From an uncultured virus (IMG/VR IMGVR_UViG_3300042975_000037) (taxonomy: Duplodnaviria; Heunggongvirae; Uroviricota; Caudoviricetes): DNA of 20,000 nucleotides. The stretch lies in IMG/VR virus record IMGVR_UViG_3300042975_000037. One strand, written 5' to 3'. This document shows positions 1 through 9,000 of this stretch, piece by piece (within the stretch, counting starts at the first letter, position 1; every line of letters begins with the position of its first letter). The notes beneath the pieces were generated by a model. The model did no database searches and was not told the DNA's origin. It saw only the letters and a program-made list of their open reading frames with translations. The translations under genes and the position numbers were made by a program.

Positions 1-2
1 AT

Positions 3-968
3 AACTTGCCTATTCTGACTGATGAGATCAAGCGGACACGTGAGATGAATGCTGCAATGAAGGCAGCCGGCAAGGAGCCTGTACCTGTATGGAAACAGCT
101 TACAAAATCTTTGTTTAGCTGGCAGACAGTGATGATGGTGGGAATTACCTTGCTAACAATGTACGGGAAGGATATTGTAAACTGGGTAAAGAACCTTCGT
201 AAGGGTAACGAGGCACTGGAAGATGCTACGGCAGCAGCCAAGGCCCATGCAGCAGCTGTGAAGAAGATGCATCAGGAGTGGACTGATAGCGTGGCGGAAT
301 CCGCCAGTAAGCAGATTTCTGAATATATGAAACTGCAAAGAGAATGGAATGCCCTTGGAAACGACATGAGGAAAAAGGAGTTCTTTATCCGTGCTAACCA
401 GAGTGCATTCAATGACCTTGGCTTTTCCGTTAATAATGTAACCCAGGCGGAGAGTGTCATGGTCAAGAATACGTCTCTTGTGGTACAGGCTATCATGGCT
501 CGTGCAGAGGCAGCAGCATATGAGGATGAGATGACGAAATCCCTTAAAAGAAGGATTGAACAGACAGAAAATAACAAAAGGACTGTAAAGGGTGGCGGAT
601 ATTACCATCGTGTTAATAAGGGCAAAAAATATAATATCGGGGATGATAATCTAAAAGGACTTAAAGAGGGCGTGGACTATGTAAACAGTGAGAGTGCATT
701 TGCATATAATCCAAATCATACCCTTACCTACACCCTTACTTCATCAGGAGCAGCAAAAATAAATAGGAAAAGAAATCGTGAATCTTTTACGAAACTGAAG
801 CGTAACAATAAGCGTGCGTATGATGAGTATAATAGCGACATGAAGGATCTGACTTCCGACCTTACTAATACTGTTAAGAGGCAGAATAAACTTATCACTC
901 GGATAGGTGTTCCCAAATACAATAAGAATGACTACCAGCAGGAGCAGAAGCTGATACCCGTGCGGTAG
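3..968 (+). CDS. Tail tape measure protein, upstream part (5'-truncated by window edge, ends at frame break)
   Basis: Frame is open from the window edge (AAC TTG CCT ATT; NLPILTDEI, a motif I recognise from Bacteroidales TMPs). Hydrophobic SLFSWQTVMMVGITLLTMYG segment followed by Ala/Lys-rich helical sequence. Confidence 0.8.
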   Translation, partial: NLPILTDEIKRTREMNAAMKAAGKEPVPVWKQLTKSLFSWQTVMMVGITLLTMYGKDIVNWVKNLRKGNEALEDATAAAKAHAAAVKKMHQEWTDSVAESASKQISEYMKLQREWNALGNDMRKKEFFIRANQSAFNDLGFSVNNVTQAESVMVKNTSLVVQAIMARAEAAAYEDEMTKSLKRRIEQTENNKRTVKGGGYYHRVNKGKKYNIGDDNLKGLKEGVDYVNSESAFAYNPNHTLTYTLTSSGAAKINRKRNRESFTKLKRNNKRAYDEYNSDMKDLTSDLTNTVKRQNKLITRIGVPKYNKNDYQQEQKLIPVR

Positions 969-991
969 AAGCAACGGCGGAGAGGAAACAT

Positions 992-3631
992 TTGGCAGCA
1001 GAGCGTCGTGCAGAGCATCGTGAGGAAGCAGATAGGAAGAGAAAGGAAGCCAATGCACAGAAAGAAGCTGCCTCGGAAGAGAGGGTGTCTGAAATCAAGA
1101 CGAAAGCCCAGCTTGACAGTGAGAGGAAAGACCGTGATTTGTCTTATGATACCACACAGGCTGAAATTGACGCAATGCGTGATGGATCTGAGAAGAAGTT
1201 ACGGCAACTTGACCTCGATAAGACGAAGGAACTTGATAAGGTTAATCGTGACTATGAGGATCTGCGCCAGGCTCGTATAGACAATGCCAAGAAATTGTGG
1301 GGTGCATCAAGAAAGAAGGGGAATTTCTATAAAAGTTCCGCCTATACCTATGCAGCCAGTGATGACCGTTATACTGATGCGCAGAAAGGAAACAGGAAAG
1401 CTCATATCTCTGCCGTATATGCCACTTACAACAAGGGCGTGTATGACGAATCATCCGCTTTAGAGAAATCCATGAACGATTATCTGAAAGCCTTTGGAAG
1501 TGTACAGCAGCAGAGAGCTGCAATAGCTGCCGAATATGACCAGAAGATTGCCGAGACGGCTGATGTATGGGCAAAGCGGACACTGGAGCAGCAGAAGGAA
1601 ACTGCCGTTTCCATATTTGACTTTAGCCAGTTCAAGAAGTCAATCAACTGGGAGGAAGTGTTCGGCAATCTATCCGATTTATCTTTAAAGACCTTGCGTG
1701 ATCTGAAGGTAAAGATGCAAAAGGAACTTTCGCAGGATATGAATCCTACCGACTACAAAACAATTGTTGACAGTATTAATCAGATTGACGATCAGATAAG
1801 TAAGAAAGGGCACAAATTATCTACTTTCTTAGGTATCAATGTTCCCGAGCTTGATCGGATTAAGCGTGCACAGGAAGATGTAATTACTTATCAGAAGCAG
1901 CTTAATGACCTGTTGATACAACAACATAATATCGAGACCGGAATAGCCGTTGACCAGCAGGCAGCCACGAATATTCTTGCCAATGGAGGGGTGGAGGTCA
2001 ATCCGTCTGAAATTACCGAGAAGAACAGGCAGAAAATTCTATCCTATGCATCTTCTCCCGACAAGAAGGCACAGATTCAGAAGATATTTGATGATATTAT
2101 AAAAGATCAAAAGGATTTAGCGGACAATAAGCAAAATCAGCAGTCAACGGCCAGCAGAAAGACACTTGCGGAGTCTGTTGCTAATACCAAGGGATTTGAC
2201 AGGATTAAGGCAGGTTCAGAGTGGATTTCCCAACAGTATGATAAAGGTATAGGGCAGAATATCCAAAGTCTGCCTATGGCCTTGAAAAACTTAGGGGTAA
2301 AGGAAAATTCTGGACTTTACAAAGGAATGGAACAGTTTGCTCAAGCGTCCAACGATGTATCTAATGCTTTTAAATCACTTGTGAGCGGTGATGTTGTCGG
2401 TACAATAGGTAATATAGCAGGCGCTTTCAAATCTTTGGGAAATTCTGTCGTCACATGGTTCGGCCTTGACGGTAATAATGCAAAGCGGATCAAGAGATGG
2501 CAGAACACTGTGGAGAAATACCAGCAACTTGATAAGGTATGGGATTCCCTTATCCAAAAGAAGAAAGAGTATCTCAATATGTCGTGGGGTAGTGAAGCCG
2601 ATAAGACAGAGAAGGAGATACAGAAACTTATGAAGGCTGAAAACGAAGGGACAAAGGCGGAAGCTGAATCATGGCTGAACACCAAAGCTAAGCACCATGC
2701 AGCATCTCACACCCAGTGGACTTGGATGAGCAGACATTGGGGAGGACAGCAGGGATTTGACAATGTCGTATCAGATTTGAATGCAAAAGGGTTTACAAAG
2801 GATGCTAATGGCGATAAGATAAGCATTAGCAGTGTAATGGATTTCTTTAAACTGACTGAGGATGAGTTGTATCAGGTAAAAGAAGATTTCCATGACATTT
2901 GGGCTACTCAGGATACAACCTTTTCTGGTTATCTTGATAATTATATCAAGGGGTTGTCTAATATGACGGACGCTTCACAAAATGCAGTAGACAAAGTAGT
3001 GGGTTCTGTATCAGACCTCTCCTCTTCAATGGAGAATCTTGCTAAATCCTCAAAGACTACGGTCGCAGACGTTTCAAATTCATTTAATGATCTGTACAAC
3101 AATGAAGTGTGGCAGGGACTGACTCAAGAAGGCACAGATTATTATACCAAGATGGTCCAATTCCAAAAAGATTTCAAGAAATCAGAAGATAATAAAACTC
3201 TTGAAAAGGATGCGTCAGCACTCAAAAAGGAATATCTTGATGCTTATAAAGAAGCAAAAGATAAGTATGATTCTATCACTTCAGCAGCAGGAACAGATAC
3301 TTCCGAGCAGAGTGCTACTGCAAATGGTATCTCTTCTATCTCATACGAACAGGCAAGCGATATTGAAGGTATTGCCACGGCTATAAATGTGGAAGTCAGC
3401 CAGATGAATGCAAAGGGTGATACGCATGTATCTATAATTAACGCTACATTAGAGGATATGGCAGCGCAAGGATCAGTATTGAATCAAATAGCAGATAATA
3501 CACGAGACCTTATTGCGAAAGGATATACTGAGTTGAAGGGTATACATAATGATACTTCTTCGATAGATAAAAGAATCGAGGATATGGCTTCGGATGTATC
3601 TGATATAAAGAAGAATGTAAAGAATATGTAA
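992..3631 (+). CDS. Tail tape measure protein, downstream part (frame open from 932)
   Basis: 879-aa coiled-coil-like protein with INWEEVFGNL and a C-terminal SISYEQASDIEGIATA...IKKNVKNM end typical of Bacteroidales TMPs. Directly upstream of the Dit-like gene. Confidence 0.85.
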   Translation: MAAERRAEHREEADRKRKEANAQKEAASEERVSEIKTKAQLDSERKDRDLSYDTTQAEIDAMRDGSEKKLRQLDLDKTKELDKVNRDYEDLRQARIDNAKKLWGASRKKGNFYKSSAYTYAASDDRYTDAQKGNRKAHISAVYATYNKGVYDESSALEKSMNDYLKAFGSVQQQRAAIAAEYDQKIAETADVWAKRTLEQQKETAVSIFDFSQFKKSINWEEVFGNLSDLSLKTLRDLKVKMQKELSQDMNPTDYKTIVDSINQIDDQISKKGHKLSTFLGINVPELDRIKRAQEDVITYQKQLNDLLIQQHNIETGIAVDQQAATNILANGGVEVNPSEITEKNRQKILSYASSPDKKAQIQKIFDDIIKDQKDLADNKQNQQSTASRKTLAESVANTKGFDRIKAGSEWISQQYDKGIGQNIQSLPMALKNLGVKENSGLYKGMEQFAQASNDVSNAFKSLVSGDVVGTIGNIAGAFKSLGNSVVTWFGLDGNNAKRIKRWQNTVEKYQQLDKVWDSLIQKKKEYLNMSWGSEADKTEKEIQKLMKAENEGTKAEAESWLNTKAKHHAASHTQWTWMSRHWGGQQGFDNVVSDLNAKGFTKDANGDKISISSVMDFFKLTEDELYQVKEDFHDIWATQDTTFSGYLDNYIKGLSNMTDASQNAVDKVVGSVSDLSSSMENLAKSSKTTVADVSNSFNDLYNNEVWQGLTQEGTDYYTKMVQFQKDFKKSEDNKTLEKDASALKKEYLDAYKEAKDKYDSITSAAGTDTSEQSATANGISSISYEQASDIEGIATAINVEVSQMNAKGDTHVSIINATLEDMAAQGSVLNQIADNTRDLIAKGYTELKGIHNDTSSIDKRIEDMASDVSDIKKNVKNM

Positions 3632-3633
3632 TT

Positions 3634-4050
3634 ATGGCAGATTTATTGATTAACGGCAAGGATGCTTATGCAATATACGGTGTGAGAATGGGTGACGACT
3701 TTCTGGACGCATTAGGGGCGTCGGCTCCTCTCAAAGGCTATGTGACTAATGACAATCGTCTTGAGAACGGAGTTAGATATTCAAATTCCACCCCGAAAAT
3801 TGACGAACGGTCAGTAACACTTATCTTCACTATTGAGGGTAGCGATCACACAGATTTCTTAGCAAAGAAGAAAGCATTTAACAATGTCCTGTATGCTGGG
3901 GGAGTGGATATTTGCGTTCCTTCTGACAGCTCAGATGTCTATCACTTGAAATATACGGGCACATCAGTGACTTATGCGCAAAATTTAGAGCGTACCTTTG
4001 CCAAGATAAGTGCTTCATTCAAGGAGCCCGATCCGACGAACAGACAATAA
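3634..4050 (+). CDS. Distal tail (Dit)-like protein
   Basis: 138 aa starting 2 bp after the TMP stop. LLINGKDAY...N.NRLENG...ERSVTL.F...EPDPTNR pattern of Bacteroidales post-TMP tail genes. Function assigned mainly from position. Confidence 0.7.
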   Translation: MADLLINGKDAYAIYGVRMGDDFLDALGASAPLKGYVTNDNRLENGVRYSNSTPKIDERSVTLIFTIEGSDHTDFLAKKKAFNNVLYAGGVDICVPSDSSDVYHLKYTGTSVTYAQNLERTFAKISASFKEPDPTNRQ

Positions 4051-4083
4051 AGCTATTGTAAGTAATAAATTGTATTTTTCATA

Positions 4084-4113
4084 AAAGGGGTGTAACTTTG
4101 AAGTCACCCCTTT
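4084..4113. terminator. Likely bidirectional intrinsic terminator between convergent genes
   Basis: AAAGGGGTG (4084-4092) / CACCCCTTT (4105-4113) stem with an inner ACTT/AAGT pair. A-run before and T-rich run after. Confidence 0.8.
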
Positions 4114-4127
4114 CTATTTCTATAATA

Positions 4128-5138
4128 TTATTTACCTAATATCATATTGGACAACATTTGAACCTTACTTCTAAATTCTGAAATAATATTTTCTTCTTTA
4201 TAAGTTATTCCCTGTATATTTTCTCCACATTTGCTACAATATTTGTTATTAATATCATTCTTATGCCCATTTGGACAAATATAAACATCTTGTTCCTTCC
4301 CGAACATCCCAAGTTTTGCGTTGGTGATTTGGCCTTTATTTGGTAAATCATCTAATTTGGCAAGTAGAATCTGCATATCTTTCAGATCTTCACAAGTATA
4401 AAACTCTTTTTCTGTCTCAAGTAATTTAATAGCATAATGTAGATCATCATCTATTAATTTTGTTACAGATTTAGCATCAAATAACTTGCAACTCTTTATT
4501 ACAAGAACTAATGTATCCTTATATTTGGGGAAAAGATTATATAAATAAGGGATAGAAAGAGACGGATCTATTTTTCTTATATATTCAATTACCCTTTTAG
4601 TATCTGTACCATCAGAATAATATAATTTCAGCATTTTTTCTACTAAAGATAATTGGGGATCTCTCATAATACTCTCCCATGTTGGTTGAGAAAGAAAATT
4701 TATGCCATTCTCTTTTACATATTCAACATTCTTTTTTGTTTCTAATTTATTGATCAAATCATCTGGATATACAATTTTCTCTTCTTTAATATCATTTTTA
4801 AATCTATTCTCTATTAAACATGCAGTTCCTGTGGCTGAAATCATCAGCATGCCTTTGCCTTTTCCGGAAATCTCGTCAAAGTCGATTCGAAAACCGACAA
4901 TAGCATTTGCTCCCAAGGCTTTTGCTTTTTTAGTTAAGCTGTCTTTAGCTGATTTATACATCAAATCCATTTTGTTCTGGTAAGTTCCAGAATTACCCCC
5001 AAATATATCAGTAAATGAAGCTGCTATATCTGAGAATAAATTTGTGCCTATTACAATATTAGAATTTACAACGCCCAAATAATCTTTTATAGGGCAACTT
5101 TCTATATTGCCTGTTGTAGTAATGATAAATCTTTCCAT
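4128..5138 (-). CDS. YbjQ/UPF0145-family domain protein with C-terminal zinc ribbon
   Basis: N-terminus IITTTGNIE...YLGVV...DIFGGNSGTYQ...KAKALGANAIVGFRIDFDEI...MLMISATGTA is the YbjQ signature. C-terminus has CPNGH...CSKC. Start is 5138 or 5147. Confidence 0.88.
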   Translation of the reverse strand: MERFIITTTGNIESCPIKDYLGVVNSNIVIGTNLFSDIAASFTDIFGGNSGTYQNKMDLMYKSAKDSLTKKAKALGANAIVGFRIDFDEISGKGKGMLMISATGTACLIENRFKNDIKEEKIVYPDDLINKLETKKNVEYVKENGINFLSQPTWESIMRDPQLSLVEKMLKLYYSDGTDTKRVIEYIRKIDPSLSIPYLYNLFPKYKDTLVLVIKSCKLFDAKSVTKLIDDDLHYAIKLLETEKEFYTCEDLKDMQILLAKLDDLPNKGQITNAKLGMFGKEQDVYICPNGHKNDINNKYCSKCGENIQGITYKEENIISEFRSKVQMLSNMILGK

Positions 5139-5159
5139 GAAAAACATTTATTTAAATAT

Positions 5160-5750
5160 CTATTTCTCTTTATAATCAGAAATATTCCATTCTGCATCAA
5201 CATATTCATCACCATTCGGATGTGAAGGTATTTTTACGGTAATTATAGAGTTTTTTGTAATCGTAAATTCTTTATAAACTACTGTTTCCAACGGATAATC
5301 ATCAGAAGTAATAACAATCATATATTTTCCGGATTTTAAAGTTCCGTCAGCATTTTTTACCGACAGATCATCATTAAAAAATACATTATAACTATATGGT
5401 TTATTACCACTTTTATGCAATTCTCCATCATGAATAGATGCATACTTTGATATAGGAAATATCGTACAATCCTCACCAAAAGAATTCTCATAATGATAAT
5501 ATGGTGGAGATACTGAACCATCCAACCACCAAGCAAGCAAAGGTTTCCCTTTTATAACAGTATCTCCGTCCTGTTTATAGAAAATATATACATTTCCTTC
5601 AGGTCTTACAACTGCATCGCTTGTAACATTAAACTCTAAAAATGAAAATGTATTTTTACTCGAATCATCTCCATCATCACCGCCCGAACATGCTGAAAAA
5701 GCAAACACAATGGCAAATGCCATCATCATAAAAAATAAAGTTTTCTTCAT
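5160..5750 (-). CDS. Lipoprotein of unknown function, probably surface-exposed
   Basis: MKK plus hydrophobic core plus FSA-C lipobox, followed by acidic SGGDDGDDS resembling the Bacteroidetes lipoprotein export signal. Confidence 0.82.
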   Translation of the reverse strand: MKKTLFFMMMAFAIVFAFSACSGGDDGDDSSKNTFSFLEFNVTSDAVVRPEGNVYIFYKQDGDTVIKGKPLLAWWLDGSVSPPYYHYENSFGEDCTIFPISKYASIHDGELHKSGNKPYSYNVFFNDDLSVKNADGTLKSGKYMIVITSDDYPLETVVYKEFTITKNSIITVKIPSHPNGDEYVDAEWNISDYKEK

Positions 5751-5770
5751 TATCCGTAAAATTAGTAGCG

Positions 5771-5802
5771 CAAATATAGCATTTTATCTGCTAATAACCA
5801 AA
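5771..5802 (-). promoter_or_regulatory. Bacteroidetes housekeeping promoter for the two-gene moron
   Basis: Minus strand reads TTTG (5802-5799) - 20 nt - TATATTTG (5778-5771), an exact match to TTTG-N19-21-TAnnTTTG, 20 bp upstream of the lipoprotein ATG. Confidence 0.8.
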
Positions 5803-6003
5803 AAGAAAAGATAAAATTATTAATAAAAAGGAAGACTATTTTTGAGGGTAAGCAGCCTTAAATAACTATTCTGTGGGCTTTGCCGTGTAATACCTCGTGC
5901 TGTTTGTCTCGCTGCATTACGATAAGAAAAAAGAGAATACTTACAATGAGCCAGTTGTAAGTAACTCTTCGCAAACTGACTTCAGATTATCCGTTCCATT
6001 ACG

Positions 6004-6011
6004 TAATTTTG
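6004..6011 (+). promoter_or_regulatory. -7 box restarting transcription of the tail/lysis genes after the moron
   Basis: TAATTTTG 17 bp before ATG 6029. No clear -33 TTTG. Confidence 0.55.
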
Positions 6012-6028
6012 TCCTAAAGCGCAATGAA

Positions 6029-9000
6029 ATGGACATTTACGGAATAGATGATAAGGTCATACTTTCGGCGATTTTGACAAAGGATGCCGAACATGAAGAG
6101 GAGATGATGAAATCCGACTTCGTGAAATTGTCGTGGAAATCAGCTAATAAGGTAAGACTTCCGGCCGGATCATACATCGTTCCTTTTTCTGACGGTCTCA
6201 AATATCGTCTTTTCAAGCCTTATGAGCCTGAGCAGACCGATTCCGCCACATGGAAGTATGAACCACAGTTCCAACACCCTAAAATGTGGCTTTCAAAGTT
6301 GCCGTTTACCTCAACTGTTCCCGATACGGATAATACAACACATGAGCAACTTGAATGGAGCTATACAGGCATTCTGACGACTCTTTTACAGAAAGTATGT
6401 GACTTTATCAATAATCTTTTTGGTCTTTCCGGTGATGATAAGTTTACTTATACCATAGTTGGAAATGCAGATACGACCGTATCATTATCATGTAGTAATG
6501 TTGATGTGCTTTCTGCGCTTTCTTCTATTGCATCAGCATGTAAGGATTATACGTGTGAGTGGCATTTAGACTGGAACAACAAGGCACTCTACTTCGGCCA
6601 GATTGCATATAACAACGGCGAGGGGACTACTCCGGTATTGAAGGTTGGCGACAACGTGGAGAAAACGTCTGTCAACAGGCCTTCGGAAGGGTATTATAAT
6701 GTCTTTCGTCCGCAAGGATCTACAAAGAATATGTCTAAAAGACTTGATACGGGAGAAAATGTATCAAGCAGTCTGAGACTGGAACTCAACAAGAAGGACT
6801 ATCCCGATGGCGTGATTGATATGCGCACGGATCCTAAAGAGCCCAAGATGGAGCTCGGCCTTATCTTCGATGATGATTATCCTCATGTTGATCTCTATGC
6901 CTACAATGTTCGTAAGAGGACGATGTACATTAAGGACACTTCCACCGGAAAGTACATGAAGGACAGTGCCGGGAACTATATCCTCAAGACAATATGGTAT
7001 ATGCGCCTTGCCTATCCGACTTATGACACAGACGGAAAAGTAACGGGCTGGACGGATTACGTGGTAGACAAAAAGCAGGTATTAGCAGGCTATACCCTTT
7101 GTGGGACATTCAAGGCAAATACTCATGATGGCGCACTTGCGTCAACGCTTGTTGGCCTTCCTTCCAATGCAGACGGATTTGAGATCAAATATCATGATGG
7201 TGCAGAAACCATTTATCCCAATACGACTTCGGGCGATTCAGGTATGGACGTGCTCCTCGGAGATTACGAGATAATGCCTGTTACCGCTGGAAATGATAGC
7301 ACCTTTGTCCCTTCCAACGAATCAGACGCCCTTATCCCACGTGGTGAAAGTACGCCTTCCCTGAAAGGAAATATAGTTGTCCTGTATAATATTGCTATGG
7401 GTGATGCAGAGATAGCATCCGCACAGGATGATTTGAAGAATGACGCCCTGAAAAAGATAGCACAGAAACGTGCAGACCAGAATAACTATACATTCAGCTC
7501 CGATCCGACAGTATTCGAGAAATCAAATCCCGGACTGTATATTGGCAGAACGGTAACTTATAATGACAATAACGGCTATACTCTTTCAACGAGAGTATTG
7601 AAGCTCGTAACGAAGTTGGACCATCCTTATGAGCAGGAGATTACGGTCGGAAATCAGCGGATCAATGGCCCTGTAACTCAACTAAAAGAGGATGTAAAGA
7701 CTGTTTTGTCTGGAGATTGGGAAGGAGCCGGTCTGAATCCCACACAAGTTAAGAATCTCATAAGCAATTATACTTCTATCCGCTATCTATCCAAGACCAC
7801 AGATGATACCGCAGCAGGCAACATAAAGTTCCTGAAGGGACTGCAAATTGGTGATACTTTCACGAGCGGTTCAGAAGGCGGAGTGTTCAGGAAAGATGCA
7901 GACGGAAAGACCTATATCGAAGTAGATAAGGCCTATATCCGCACGAAGGCCATCTTTGACACTCTGGAGATACGGAAGTTTGAGGGAGCATCCGGAAACA
8001 GGATCATGTCTGATGCAAAGATGAAGTGCACGAGGGTTGAGAATGTCACTGAAACAGACAACTCCGCTGCCTACAGATGTTATTTCAAAGGTTCTGACGG
8101 TGATGATACGATCAGTAATGATTTCGTTGTCGGTGACCTCGCCTTCTGCAAGAAACAGACGGCCGGAAGTACGCATTATTTCTGGCGCAAAGTAGTTGCG
8201 GTCGGAACAGCAGTCAATGCGAACAATGAACTGTACATAGACCTTTCTAATGTTTCCGGGGAATATGACACGGACAGTGACGCTCCTCTTGTTCAGGACG
8301 ACATCATTCAGTTGGGTAACGTAAGCGATTCCACGAGACAGGGCGCAATAATCGAGTATACTTCCGGAGAGGATTCGCCTTCTTATAAAATCTATCAGGG
8401 TATTAAGACATTCTCTCTTGCTGGTTGTGATATACTCTCTATGGGCTATAATTCTGCCACGGGCAAGGCTTGTATGAGGGTCTACGGAGAAGCCTACATA
8501 GGAGCAAAAGACAAGAAATCATATATCGAATTTGATGGAACGGCTGTAAAGATTGTCGGTGATGTGTCTATGAGCACCGTTGACGATTCAGGAGGTAATT
8601 CTACTCCTATAGCAACTGCCATCAATAATGCTCAGAAGAATGCCACGGATGCGAAGAAAGCAGCCGGGAACGCCGTGACAAATACCACCAGCGAGTATGC
8701 CCAAAGCGACAGTGCTACTACGGCACCCACAAGCGGATGGAGTACGACATCGCCGACATGGAAACAGGGGTATTATATCTGGGTACGGACAACTATAAAG
8801 TATGGTGACGGAACATCTAATACATTAGATCCGGTTGTCCTTACAGGTAATACTGGAGGTATCGGACCGGTTGGCCCTACTGGCCCGAAAGGAGACACAG
8901 GAGCAACAGGACCGCAAGGACCTAAAGGCAATACCGGTGCGCAGGGCATACAAGGTCTGCAAGGTTTGCAAGGAGATAAAGGCGATCAAGGTATAAAGGG

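Noticed and set aside
910..920. CCCAAAT as a programmed -1 frameshift site in the TMP
   Set aside because: Wrong phase for the upstream frame, and the -1 frame has stops (TAA, TGA) before 932.
153..3386. Short antisense and alternate-frame ORFs over the TMP (also those over the tail, holin, J-domain and transposase genes)
   Set aside because: Shadows of long genuine ORFs with no recognisable motifs or expression signals.
5897..6028. GTG-started N-terminal extension of the tail protein
   Set aside because: It spans a hairpin and the -7 promoter box; ATG 6029 fits better.
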